A stretch of DNA of 64,000 nt, taken from positions 2,848,001-2,912,000 of the forward strand of contig CBDDPY010000002.1 of the NCBI GenBank assembly GCA_965232515.1, in the 5' to 3' direction. The number at the start of each line of letters is the position of its first letter. Position 1 is the first letter of the stretch. This DNA is from Alphaproteobacteria bacterium. Its GTDB lineage: Bacteria; Pseudomonadota; Alphaproteobacteria; GCA-2731375. Positions 54,237 to 63,536 of the stretch are shown here, piece after piece. The translations under genes were made by a program, and so were the position numbers. The notes beneath the pieces were generated by a model. That model did no database searches, was not told the origin of the DNA, and saw only the letters and a list, made by a program, of their open reading frames with translations.

Positions 54237-54710
54237 ATGGCCGAAGGCCTGCTGGACAAGTATTACGACGAGCTCTCGGTCGGCGACCGCATGGTGACGC
54301 ACGGCCGGACCATCACCGAAACCGATATCGTCATGTGGTGCACCCTGACCGGCGATATGTTCCTGATCCACACGGACCGGCACTATGCCGAGAAATCCAT
54401 GTTCGGACAGCGCATCGCGCCCGGCCTGATGGTGAACGCCTTCATGGCGGGCCTTGGCGTGCCGGCGGGCTCGCCCTCCATTCTGGCCAACTACGGCACC
54501 AACGAGCTGCGCTTCACGGCCCCGGTGTTCATCGGCGACACGCTGCACCTCGAAGCCGAGGTGGTCGAGAAGAAGGACCGCAAGCCGGGCCGCGACGGCG
54601 TGGTGACGCTGCAGTGGAACGCCGTCAATCAGAACGGCCGGACGGTGATGTCGAGCCAGTTGATGAGCCTGATGGCCTGCCGGCCGGCGGCGAAGGAGGC
54701 CGCGGCATGA
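54237..54710 (+). CDS. MaoC-like (R)-enoyl-CoA hydratase
   Basis: GRTITETDI, TGDMFLIHTD, FGQRIAPG, LRFTAPVFIGDTL, NQNG. Confidence 0.9.
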   Translation: MAEGLLDKYYDELSVGDRMVTHGRTITETDIVMWCTLTGDMFLIHTDRHYAEKSMFGQRIAPGLMVNAFMAGLGVPAGSPSILANYGTNELRFTAPVFIGDTLHLEAEVVEKKDRKPGRDGVVTLQWNAVNQNGRTVMSSQLMSLMACRPAAKEAAA

Positions 54711-55477
54711 GCGACGGCACCGTTCTGCTCGAGCGCCAGGGCGCGGTCGCCGAAATCGCCTTCAACCGACCGGAATCGAAAAACAGCCTGCGGCCGCAGG
54801 AGCTGGCGCTCTTGGCCGAGCACCTGGACGCGGTCGAGGCGTCGGACGCGCGCTGCCTGCTGCTGCGCGGCGAAGGCGGCGCCTTCAGCGCCGGCCGCGA
54901 TATCGCCGGCGCCGATCCGGCGACGGATGACAACGAGGCCCTGCTGAAGGACGGCATCAACCCGGTGTTGAAGCGGGTCAAGGACTTCCCTCTGCCGACC
55001 GTGGCGGCGGTCGAGGGGCCGTGCCTCGGCATCGGCTTCGGTCTGGCGTTTGCCTGCGATATCGTGCTCGCCGCCGATGACGCCGTGCTCGGCAGCCCGT
55101 TCCGCAACATCGGCTGCATCCTCGATTCCGGCGGCCACTGGTTCATGGCCGACCGCATCGGCACGCACCGGACGCTGGAGCTGATCTATACCGGCCGGCT
55201 GATCAGCGGCCGCGAGGCCAGCGACATGGGATTGATCAACCGGGCGCTCGCCCGGCTCGATCTGTTGCCGGAAGCGCGCAAGCTCGCCGGCAACATCGCC
55301 GCCGGACCGACGATCGCCTTCAAGATCTCGAAACGCATCCTGGCCGAGGGCGCGGACTACGCGCGCACGCTCGACCTGGAGGCGGAAGGCCAGGCCGAGG
55401 CCCTGCGCACCGAGGACGGCGTCGAAGGCTTCAAGGCCTTCCAGGAAAAGCGCCGGCCAACATTTCACGGCCGTTAG
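54707..55477 (+). CDS. Enoyl-CoA hydratase/isomerase (crotonase) family
   Basis: FNRPESKNSL, AFSAGRDI, GPCLGIGFGLAFACD, AFQEKRRPTF; ATGA overlap. Confidence 0.92.
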   Translation: MSDGTVLLERQGAVAEIAFNRPESKNSLRPQELALLAEHLDAVEASDARCLLLRGEGGAFSAGRDIAGADPATDDNEALLKDGINPVLKRVKDFPLPTVAAVEGPCLGIGFGLAFACDIVLAADDAVLGSPFRNIGCILDSGGHWFMADRIGTHRTLELIYTGRLISGREASDMGLINRALARLDLLPEARKLAGNIAAGPTIAFKISKRILAEGADYARTLDLEAEGQAEALRTEDGVEGFKAFQEKRRPTFHGR

Positions 55478-55491
55478 GCGCGCCGCGATAG

Positions 55492-56091
55492 ATGGCGAAG
55501 ACGCGGGCCGAGCGGCACGAGGATCAGCAACGGCGCATCATCGAGGCGGCGGCGCGCCTGTTCGCCGAACGCACCTTCACGCGCACGTCCATAGCCGAAC
55601 TGGCCAGAGCCTGCGGCTTTTCGAAGCCGCTGCTGTACCACTATTTCGAGTCCAAGGAGGACGTGCTCTACCGCATGCTGCAGGCGCATATGCGCGATCT
55701 GCGGGCGGCGCTGGTGGGCGCGCACGACAGTTCGGACGACCCGCAAGGCCGGTTCCGCGCCTTCGTCTCGGCCTCGCTCTCGGTCTACACCGCCGTGCCG
55801 GAGAAACACGTGGTGCTGATGCACGACCTCGACTGCCTGCCGGAACCGCAGCGCGCCGAGATCGTGGCGGCGGAGCGGGAACTGGTGGAGCTCGTCGCCG
55901 ACATGCTGGCGGCGCTCAGGCCGGAACTGACGACGGACCGTCGCCTGCGCAAGCCCTATGCGATGATGTTCTACGGACTGCTGAACTGGACCTACATCTG
56001 GTACGACCCCAACGGCCCGGTGCCGCCGGAAGAGTTCGCCCAGCGCGCCTGCGACACGTTTCTCTACGGCTTCCTGCCCTCGAAGACCTAA
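55492..56091 (+). CDS. TetR-family regulator
   Basis: IIEAAARLFAE..TSIAELARACGFSKPLLYHYFESKE; GLLNWTYIWYDP. Confidence 0.92.
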   Translation: MAKTRAERHEDQQRRIIEAAARLFAERTFTRTSIAELARACGFSKPLLYHYFESKEDVLYRMLQAHMRDLRAALVGAHDSSDDPQGRFRAFVSASLSVYTAVPEKHVVLMHDLDCLPEPQRAEIVAAERELVELVADMLAALRPELTTDRRLRKPYAMMFYGLLNWTYIWYDPNGPVPPEEFAQRACDTFLYGFLPSKT

Positions 56092-57068
56092 ATCCGGCCG
56101 AAGTCGCTGCCGTATACCGCTTCGAGGCGTTCGAGCGCCTCGCGCGGCAATGGGCCCATCTCGGCGGCGGCAATGGCCTGTTCGAGGTGATCGAGCTCGG
56201 CAAGGCCCAGGACGACGCAATTGATGTCCTCGTCGGCGAGGGCAAAGCGGATCGCCGTCTGTGCCCGCGTCCCATAGGCATCGCCCAGCGCCGAGAACAC
56301 GGCGCGGGCGCGCTGCTCTTCCTCGCTGACAACGGTCGCGTCCGTGATCATGACCTCACGGCCGGTGCGCGCATCCGTCGCCAGCACGCCGGCGGCGAAC
56401 ACCCGAATGTTCATGACGCCCACGTCGCGCGCTTTGCAGGCCGCGATCAGGCCGTTGAAGTCGTGGCCCGACCACGCCGTCGGCATGGCCTGGCCGGCGC
56501 TCGGATTGAGCAGGTTGTAGTAGACCTGCGCCGTATCGAACCGGCCGCTGTCGACGACGCGGCACAGGCTGGCGGCATCGCCCAGCGCGGTGATGCCGGT
56601 GAAGCGCGTCAGCCCCTGCTCGCGCAACCGGTCGAGGCAATCGGCAACGCCGCCGGGGCCGATGACCTGGTCGACGCCGATCATCGTGTCGGTGGTCGCG
56701 GCGCCGATCGGGTTGTGCAGCTGCAGCAGGTCGACGGAACCGCGCCGCAACCGCTTCAGGCTGGCTTCAGCGCTGGCCTCGATCTGGTCGCCGATGTCAT
56801 CGAGCGCGCCGAGATCGAGCCTGACTTTCGTGGACAGATACGGCGTCTCGTCGATCTCGGCCAGCAGCCAGCCCAGCGCCTCTTCCGATTGGCCGTCGCC
56901 ATAGGACGGCGCCGTATCGATGAAGTTGATGCCGGCGTCCAGCGCGCGGCGGATGGCGGCGCGCTTGGTGTCGTCGTCGCGGTGGATCAGGATGCCGCCG
57001 ACCCAACCGCCGCCGAAGATCACCTCGGAGACCATCAGATCCGTCCGGCCGAACCTGCGATAGTTCAA
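56088..57068 (-). CDS. Aldo/keto reductase
   Basis: YRRFGRTDLMVS, GINFIDTAPSYG.GQSE, STK, VDLLQLHN, QVYYNLL. Confidence 0.92.
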   Translation of the reverse strand: MNYRRFGRTDLMVSEVIFGGGWVGGILIHRDDDTKRAAIRRALDAGINFIDTAPSYGDGQSEEALGWLLAEIDETPYLSTKVRLDLGALDDIGDQIEASAEASLKRLRRGSVDLLQLHNPIGAATTDTMIGVDQVIGPGGVADCLDRLREQGLTRFTGITALGDAASLCRVVDSGRFDTAQVYYNLLNPSAGQAMPTAWSGHDFNGLIAACKARDVGVMNIRVFAAGVLATDARTGREVMITDATVVSEEEQRARAVFSALGDAYGTRAQTAIRFALADEDINCVVLGLAELDHLEQAIAAAEMGPLPREALERLEAVYGSDFGRI

Positions 57069-57119
57069 GACGGCCTCTCCTCTGTTGTCGCCGCGTCCCG
57101 GACGCGGCGGCGCCCGCGG

Positions 57120-57881
57120 CTATTGCGCCGACATGCCGCCGTCAACGGTCAGGACGCTGCCGGTGCTGAAGCCGGATTCGTCGCTCGCCAGGTAGAGCAT
57201 GGCATAGGCCACCTCCATGGGCGTGCCGAGCCGGTTCATCGGATGGCGCGCCTCGAGGCTGCGGCGCAGACCGCCGGGATCGTCGCTGCTGGCGAACATC
57301 TCGTCGAAATAGGCGGTCTCGATGGTGCCCGGCGCCACCGCGTTGATGCGAACGCCGTCGTCGACATGGTCCAGCGCCATGGCCCGGGTCAGCGCCGCGA
57401 CCGCGCCCTTGGACGCGACATAGGCCGCGCGGTCGCGAATGCCGATCGCCGCCACCACCGACGCGGTATTGACGATGACGCCGCCGCCCTGTTGGCGCAT
57501 GACCGGAATGACGTATTTGCAGCCGAGATAGACGCCACGCAGGTTGACCGCGATCAGCGCGTCCCAATCCGCTTCGTCGGTTTCGACGACGCTGCCGGTA
57601 ATGCCGTAGCCGGCGTTGTTCACCAGCACGTCGATGCGGCCGAAGGCGGCGACAGTGTCGTCGATCATGCGCTTGACATCAGCGCTCTCGGCAACGTCGA
57701 CCGCCGTCGCCTCGGCCCGGCGTCCGGCCGCCCGCGCCGCCCCCGCCGCGGCTTCGGCGGCTCCGGCATTCTTGTCGGCGATCATCAGATCGGCGCCTTC
57801 GGCGGCGAACAGGTCGCAGACCGCGCGGCCGATGCCCGAGCCGCCGCCAGTGATAATGACGATCTTGTTTTCCAGGCGCAT
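57120..57881 (-). CDS. Short-chain dehydrogenase/reductase
   Basis: TGGGSGIG, VNNAG, YVASKG, NAVAPG, VDGG. Start ATG 57881. Confidence 0.93.
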   Translation of the reverse strand: MRLENKIVIITGGGSGIGRAVCDLFAAEGADLMIADKNAGAAEAAAGAARAAGRRAEATAVDVAESADVKRMIDDTVAAFGRIDVLVNNAGYGITGSVVETDEADWDALIAVNLRGVYLGCKYVIPVMRQQGGGVIVNTASVVAAIGIRDRAAYVASKGAVAALTRAMALDHVDDGVRINAVAPGTIETAYFDEMFASSDDPGGLRRSLEARHPMNRLGTPMEVAYAMLYLASDESGFSTGSVLTVDGGMSAQ

Positions 57882-57888
57882 GGCGCGG

Positions 57889-58695
57889 TTACCTCCCCCG
57901 CCAGACCGGTGGACGTTTTTCCAGGAAGGCGGCGATGCCTTCGCGGGCGTCCTCGGCCTGGAAGGCGCGCACCATCTGGTCAGCCACATAGTCATAGGCC
58001 TGGGCCCTGTCCATCTCGTACTGCCGGTAGAATGATCGTTTCCCCAGCGCCACGGCAAACGGCGACTTCGAGGCGATAACCGTCGCCAGCTCGGTCACGG
58101 TCGCGTCCAGCGCCGCCGGTGGCACGGCCTCGTTGATCAGGCCGAAACGCGCGGCCGTCTCGGCATCCATCAGCTTGCCGGTCAGCAGCATCTGCATGGC
58201 GTGCTTGCGGCTGACGGCGCGGCTGAGCGCGACCTGCGGCGTCAGGCACCAGAGCCCAATATTGACGCCCGGGGTGGCGAACTTGGCCTCGGTCGAGGCG
58301 ATCGCCAGGTCGCAGCTGGCGACGAGCTCACACCCGGCCGCCGTGGCCGTGCCCTGCACCTTGGCGATAACAGGCTTCGGCGAATCCACAATCGACTGCA
58401 TCATCCGGTTGCAGACCAGATTGGCGGCCCGTTTCTCCTCGCCGGAATTCGTCGCCAGGGACTCCTTGAGGTCGTGGCCGGTGCAGAACAGCCGCCCGCT
58501 CGCCGTGATCACCACGACGCGCACCGTGTCGTCCTCGGCGATCCGGTCGAACTCGGCCTGCAGATCGTGCACCAGGCCATGCGACAGACTGTTGCCCGAC
58601 GCCGGCCGGTTCAACGTCAGCGTGGCGATGCCGTCGGCATCGTCGCGCAACAGGACCGGTTCGACCGCGTCCTGAGCCTCGGGCTGCACCGACAT
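57889..58695 (-). CDS. Enoyl-CoA hydratase (crotonase) family
   Basis: LNRP..GNSLS, FCTGHDLKE, ATAAGCELVASCD, FATPGVNIGL.C, AFLEKRPP. Confidence 0.92.
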   Translation of the reverse strand: MSVQPEAQDAVEPVLLRDDADGIATLTLNRPASGNSLSHGLVHDLQAEFDRIAEDDTVRVVVITASGRLFCTGHDLKESLATNSGEEKRAANLVCNRMMQSIVDSPKPVIAKVQGTATAAGCELVASCDLAIASTEAKFATPGVNIGLWCLTPQVALSRAVSRKHAMQMLLTGKLMDAETAARFGLINEAVPPAALDATVTELATVIASKSPFAVALGKRSFYRQYEMDRAQAYDYVADQMVRAFQAEDAREGIAAFLEKRPPVWRGR

Positions 58696-58752
58696 GATTC
58701 AGGTCCTCCTCGCACTGTCACGAGCGCGAGTATAGCACCAAGGGACGTGTGG

Positions 58753-59304
58753 CTAGCCCAGCGGCCGGTCCTCAAACGCGCGACTTCCGTCGATCGGCGT
58801 GAAGGTGCGGACCTGCACGCCCACCGGCACGGTCCGCCGGACGCCGCCGATCCAGGAATGCACGGTCGCGCCGAGGATCATGTCCACGTTCGTGCCGTCG
58901 GACGACAACGGCAGCAGCACTCGCTCGCCCTGCGCCGGCTTCTTGGCCTCGGCGTAGAGTCGGCCGCTGATATGCGCGACGCAGGGCAACTCGACCACCT
59001 TGCGGAAATAGTAGAACACCCGCTGTTGCGCATCAGGCGCCACCATCTCGTCGAGATAGCGACCGGTGATATTGCTGTCATAGGCGTCACGGACATGATC
59101 GCCCATCAGCCGGTAGCGGAACCGCTGGCCCTCGGACAGATAGTCGCAAAGCCAGACGAACGGCAGCAGGCGTGGAATCTCAGCGGGATCGATGTCTCGG
59201 CGCGCGGGCATGTCCCGGTCACGCGCCGCCGCCATCCAGTATTCGATGAGTTCGCGCAACAATGGCTGCCCAACATGATCGAAGCTGCCCATCGTCAGCC
59301 GCAT
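58753..59304 (-). CDS. PAS-domain protein (PAS_5/DUF1457-like)
   Basis: YW...MPARRDIDP.EIPRLLP, FRYRLMG, ERVLLPLS.DG..VD.ILG. Start 59304 or 59292. Confidence 0.8.
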   Translation of the reverse strand: MRLTMGSFDHVGQPLLRELIEYWMAAARDRDMPARRDIDPAEIPRLLPFVWLCDYLSEGQRFRYRLMGDHVRDAYDSNITGRYLDEMVAPDAQQRVFYYFRKVVELPCVAHISGRLYAEAKKPAQGERVLLPLSSDGTNVDMILGATVHSWIGGVRRTVPVGVQVRTFTPIDGSRAFEDRPLG

Positions 59305-59435
59305 CAGTTGAGCTCTTGACGACTGTCGTCGCATGGCTCTTTCGGCGCGCGCGCATCGACCGCCAGGTGCGTTTGGATGCAGGCACCACAAAGGGCCAGT
59401 CCAACAAGACCGGCCCCAACCCCCTTACGCGGCAT
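59304..59435 (-). CDS. Possible 43-aa small (lipo)protein coupled to the PAS gene
   Basis: GGGAGGGG RBS, MPRKGVGAGLVGLALCGAC..., TGATG stop/start overlap. Confidence 0.35.
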   Translation of the reverse strand: MPRKGVGAGLVGLALCGACIQTHLAVDARAPKEPCDDSRQELN

Positions 59436-59613
59436 GGACCCCCTCCCGCGAAGCACTGAACACACAACAATTGCGGCGGTGAATCGCCGCCGCATTCAGT
59501 CTGGCGCGGTCGAAGGTGGGCGACAAGCATCTATTTGCCCAAGGCCGGCGCGGCTTCGAGGTATTCTCAACCAGTGGAAAGGAAACGAACGTGAGCACAA
59601 GACGGTGACCAGG

Positions 59614-60525
59614 ATGCAGGATCGTTTCGTTCCCGAACCGGGCCAGGTCTTCCTCGACCACGTCGGCCTGTTCGTCGCCGAGTTGGACGCGGTGCCGGCC
59701 GCGTTATCGCGCCTGGGCTTCACCCTGACGCCGCGCGCCGTGCATATGAACCGGGATGCCGCCGGCAACGACACGCCAAGCGGCACCAGCAACCATTGCG
59801 CCATGTTCCGGGAAGGCTATCTGGAAATCCTGAGCGCCACCGCCGATACGCCGCTGGCGACGCAACTCAAGGCGCGACTGGCGCGCTATCCCGGCGCCCA
59901 TCTCATCGCTTTCGCCGCCGCCGACGCGGCCAGCCGGCACACATCGCTGACCCAAACGGACCTCGCGCCGCTGCCGCTGGTGAACCTGCAACGCCCGATC
60001 GATGTCGAGGGCGGCACGGCCACCGGCCGCTTCAGCGTCGTCCGCATGCCGCCCGACGACATGCCCGAGGGGCGCATTCAAATCGTCACGCATCACACGC
60101 CGGAACTGGTCTGGCAGCCGCGCTTCCTGACGCATGCCAACGGCGTCGAGGCGCTGACCGAGGTGCTGGTCTGCGTCGACGACCCGGCAGAGGCCGCCGA
60201 CCGCTTTGGCCGGCTGCTGGCGCGTCCGGCGCCGATATCCGAGGGCGAAGCCGAAATCGGCCTGAGCCGGGGCCGCATTCGGTTTCTGACGCCAGATCGA
60301 CTGGCCGAGATTGTGCCCGGCGTAATGCCGCCCTGCCTGCCGTTCATTGCCGCCGTCGGATTCCGCTGTCGCGATCTCGCGGCGACCGGCCGGTTCTTCG
60401 CGGATCGCGATATCGCCGTCACCGGACGGGATCGGATGCAGATCCAGTTGCCGGCATCGGAAGCCTTCGGCCTGACCATGCTGTTCCGGTCCGCCGACAT
60501 AGGGTCATTGACGCACCGACCCTAA
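59614..60525 (+). CDS. VOC/glyoxalase-like protein
   Basis: LDHVG, LGFTLTPR..H, GTSNHCAMF..GYLE, HANG. Start ATG 59614. Confidence 0.85.
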   Translation: MQDRFVPEPGQVFLDHVGLFVAELDAVPAALSRLGFTLTPRAVHMNRDAAGNDTPSGTSNHCAMFREGYLEILSATADTPLATQLKARLARYPGAHLIAFAAADAASRHTSLTQTDLAPLPLVNLQRPIDVEGGTATGRFSVVRMPPDDMPEGRIQIVTHHTPELVWQPRFLTHANGVEALTEVLVCVDDPAEAADRFGRLLARPAPISEGEAEIGLSRGRIRFLTPDRLAEIVPGVMPPCLPFIAAVGFRCRDLAATGRFFADRDIAVTGRDRMQIQLPASEAFGLTMLFRSADIGSLTHRP

Positions 60526-60543
60526 CGTCCAAGACTTGACGGG

Positions 60544-61056
60544 ATGCGTCTCTGGGGCTCGATACTGGCGGGCGCCATCCTGACAGCGGCGGCGCCGGCC
60601 GACACCGACCGGCTGACCTGGCCGACGGATTACCGCGCCTCGGACCTGCACTATGCCACCATCGATCAACCGCTGCGCAAGATGATCCATCGGCTCTACG
60701 CCAACCCGACCGCCGTGGACGCGGTCCGGCGCGGCGGACCGTTTCCGACCGGCACCCGTTTGATCATGGAGGTGCATGCGGCGCGCCTCGACGACGCGGG
60801 CCGGCCGCTGACCGATCCGGACGGCGGCTTCCTGACCGCCGGTCCGATCGCCGTCTACGTCATGCAGAAAAGCGCCGGCCAGGGCGAGGCGCCCTCGCTG
60901 CGTCAGCGGCGCAGCGGCGAATGGACCTACGGCGAGTTCGATCCGGGCGGACGGCACGCCAGCGACGATGTCAGCGGCTGCGTCGAATGCCACCACCTCA
61001 GGCGCTACGAGGATTTCGTGTTCAGCCGGCAGCGTCTGGAGCAGCACTTGCGCTGA
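60544..61056 (+). CDS. Cytochrome P460/c'-beta family protein
   Basis: Signal peptide; YANP, FPTGT, VMQK, GEWTY, C-terminal CVECH, DFVFS. Confidence 0.82.
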   Translation: MRLWGSILAGAILTAAAPADTDRLTWPTDYRASDLHYATIDQPLRKMIHRLYANPTAVDAVRRGGPFPTGTRLIMEVHAARLDDAGRPLTDPDGGFLTAGPIAVYVMQKSAGQGEAPSLRQRRSGEWTYGEFDPGGRHASDDVSGCVECHHLRRYEDFVFSRQRLEQHLR

Positions 61057-62116
61057 CGCCGCCAGGATCCGTGGCAAGGAAGCTGTCCAGCTGAATCTGC
61101 GTCGCGGCCGCACCGAGCTCGGTCAGGCGCGCCGCGCAGGCGTCAACGAATTCCGGCGGTCCGGCGATGAAGCATTGCCGCTGGGCCGCGTCCCAGACCT
61201 CTCGGTCGAGCCAATCTGGCACGCGGCCGGCGAGCCAGCCGCTACCGGCGGGCGGTTCTTCGCGCGTCAGGGTGACGCGATAGTCGAAATTTGCGTGGCG
61301 ATGGCGCAGCGTCTCCAGTCGGTCGAGCGCGAACACTTCGGCCGCCGTGCGCACCGACAGGACCAGCAGCACCGGCAGGTCGACTCCGTCCGCAAGCGCG
61401 CGGGTCAAGTTGCTCAATACCGGCGACAGGCCGGTGCCGCCGGCAAGCCCCAGCAGCGGCCGCCCCTCGTCGCCGCGCCAGGTGCAGTCGCCGAACGGTC
61501 CGTGCAGATCGACATGATCGCCGACGGTCAGGTTGTCGTGGATCCAGCCGCTGGCCTTGCCCTGCGCGTGCCGCGTCACGAAGAACCGCAGCAGGCCGTC
61601 GGGCGCCCGGCCGTCGGCGTCGGGCGCGTCGGCCATGGAATAGGTACGGCTCGGCTGCACGCCCGGCACGGCGAGCTCCATGTGCATCCCGGCGCGGAAG
61701 CGCAAGTCGGCATCGGCGGGCAGGGCCACGGCGACCTCGCGCACCGACGGCGTCACGGCGTGGCTGGCGACCACACGGGCGCGGACGTCGACCGGCCGCA
61801 CCAGCACCTCGTCGGCGGCCACCGCCGTCATTTCGCCCAGCGAGCGGATGCGCAGCTCCGGCGTCAGCGGCTTCGACTGGCAGATCAGGCACTTGCCCTC
61901 GGCCCGTTCGGCGTCGTCGATGCCGAAATTCATCGCCCAGCCGGGGTCGACCTCACCGCTGACGACCTGCACCTTGCATTCGCCGCAGGCGCCGCCCCGG
62001 CAATTGTGCGGCAGGTGCAGGCCGGCGTTCAGACCGGCGTCCAGCACCAGCTCGTCGAAGCCGCACTCATAGCTCTCGCCGGTGTTTTCGACGAATACCG
62101 TGCAGTTATTGCTCAT
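61022..62116 (-). CDS. 2Fe-2S ferredoxin--NAD(P)H reductase (oxygenase reductase component)
   Basis: PHNCRGGACGEC, CLICQ, RTYSMA, GKASGW, GPFG, AGGTGLSP, AGPPEFV. Start ATG 62116. Confidence 0.9.
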   Translation of the reverse strand: MSNNCTVFVENTGESYECGFDELVLDAGLNAGLHLPHNCRGGACGECKVQVVSGEVDPGWAMNFGIDDAERAEGKCLICQSKPLTPELRIRSLGEMTAVAADEVLVRPVDVRARVVASHAVTPSVREVAVALPADADLRFRAGMHMELAVPGVQPSRTYSMADAPDADGRAPDGLLRFFVTRHAQGKASGWIHDNLTVGDHVDLHGPFGDCTWRGDEGRPLLGLAGGTGLSPVLSNLTRALADGVDLPVLLVLSVRTAAEVFALDRLETLRHRHANFDYRVTLTREEPPAGSGWLAGRVPDWLDREVWDAAQRQCFIAGPPEFVDACAARLTELGAAATQIQLDSFLATDPGGVSASAAPDAAG

Positions 62117-62214
62117 CCACGCATCCCCGGGCCTTGTCTCGTGGCCGAAATGGCCGATGATGAGGGGCAAGTCAAGCAAGCGGGCAAGAAAGCTTGGCCA
62201 GAAGGAGGCGCCTC

Positions 62215-63009
62215 GTGACCGACACCGACCGCATCGAACGCATTGCCGGGAAGCTCTACAACGACCATCGGGCGAAGGCGCAGCTTGTCGCGCTGAGCGG
62301 CGATCTGCAGCCGCGCGACGTCGCCGAGGGCTATGCCGTGCAGGATGCCTTGCAGACGCTTTACGCCCGCGACGGCAAGTCGCTCGGCGGCTGGAAGGTC
62401 GCGCTGACGACGCCGGTCATGCAGGAGATGGTCGGCGTCAGCCATCCCTGCGAAGGCGGCATCTTCGCCGACCGCATCCACCATGGGCTCGGCGAGATCC
62501 GCGCCGCCGACTTCGTGCATATCGGCGTCGAGGCCGAGATCGCCGTGCGGCTGGACCGCGACCTGCCGGCCGGCCCCACGCCCTACGACCGGGACTCGGT
62601 GGCGGACGCGGTCGGCGCCTGCATGGCGGCGATCGAAATCGTCGACGACCGCGCCTGCGAATACGGCACGCTCGACGGCGCCACGCTGATCGCCGACAAC
62701 AGCTTCAACTTCGGCTGCGTCGTCGGACCAGAAGTCACTGCCTGGCGCGAGCTCGACCTCGCCACCGCGGCCGGGCGGATGACCATCAACGGCGAGACCG
62801 TGGGCGAGGGCCACGGCCGCGACGTCATGGGCCATCCGTTCGAGGCGCTGGCCTGGCTCGCCAACAGCCTGGCCGCGCGCGACAAGCCGCTGCAGGCCGG
62901 GCAGATCGTGCTCACCGGCTCGGTCGTGGCGACCAAATGGCTGTCCCCCGGCGACGAAATGGCCAGCATCATCGAGGGCCTGGGCGAAGCCCGGCTACGG
63001 GTCAGCTAG
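62215..63009 (+). CDS. 2-keto-4-pentenoate hydratase-like (FAH superfamily)
   Basis: GYAVQ, GWKVALT, VEAEIA, AIEIVDDR, IADN, LAWLAN, VLTGS; GTG start with AAGGAGG RBS. Confidence 0.88.
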   Translation: MTDTDRIERIAGKLYNDHRAKAQLVALSGDLQPRDVAEGYAVQDALQTLYARDGKSLGGWKVALTTPVMQEMVGVSHPCEGGIFADRIHHGLGEIRAADFVHIGVEAEIAVRLDRDLPAGPTPYDRDSVADAVGACMAAIEIVDDRACEYGTLDGATLIADNSFNFGCVVGPEVTAWRELDLATAAGRMTINGETVGEGHGRDVMGHPFEALAWLANSLAARDKPLQAGQIVLTGSVVATKWLSPGDEMASIIEGLGEARLRVS

Positions 63010-63520
63010 CGCGCCGCCCCAGCGAACCGAACAGCAACGCCGTGATCACGGCCGCGGTCATCAGAATGCCCATGATCGCGAGCCGCACCGGCAGGTCGCC
63101 GCCCGCGCCCTGCATCGCGCCCGTCGTCAGCGTCAGCGCGGCAACCCCGACGGCCAGCAGCGCGAAGAACAGCGCGACCCGGTCGCCATGCCTGATCAGA
63201 ACGGCGATCGGCGACGCCAACAGCGCGCCCAGCACCAGATGCGAGGGCCAGGCGATGCCGGCGAACGGCAGGTAAGTCAGAACCGCCAGCCCAGCCAGCG
63301 ACGCCAATATCAGCCCCCGAATTCGCTGCAACGACGATCCGACGACAACCGTCCCGATCGCCGCGGCGGCGACGAAGGGCAGCACGTCGATCGCCGTCAA
63401 TGCGGCGATCGGCCAGACCGGCTCGGCCGCCGCCTCCAGTGACAGCAATCCGGCCAGCAACAACGTCCAGACGGTGCCGGCGAGGCCGATCCGGTGCAGC
63501 GCGGTCAGTGTCTGGGCCAT
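63002..63520 (-). CDS. Hypothetical membrane protein
   Basis: 172 aa, highly hydrophobic with several TM segments; GGAG RBS. Confidence 0.65.
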   Translation of the reverse strand: MAQTLTALHRIGLAGTVWTLLLAGLLSLEAAAEPVWPIAALTAIDVLPFVAAAAIGTVVVGSSLQRIRGLILASLAGLAVLTYLPFAGIAWPSHLVLGALLASPIAVLIRHGDRVALFFALLAVGVAALTLTTGAMQGAGGDLPVRLAIMGILMTAAVITALLFGSLGRRAS

Positions 63521-63536
63521 CTCCGATACGGCAGAT

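Noticed and set aside
53951-55477. 508-aa ORF with acidic N-terminus fused to a crotonase
   Set aside because: The acidic tract is the antisense of the poly-Ser gene; the crotonase has its own RBS and ATG at 54707.
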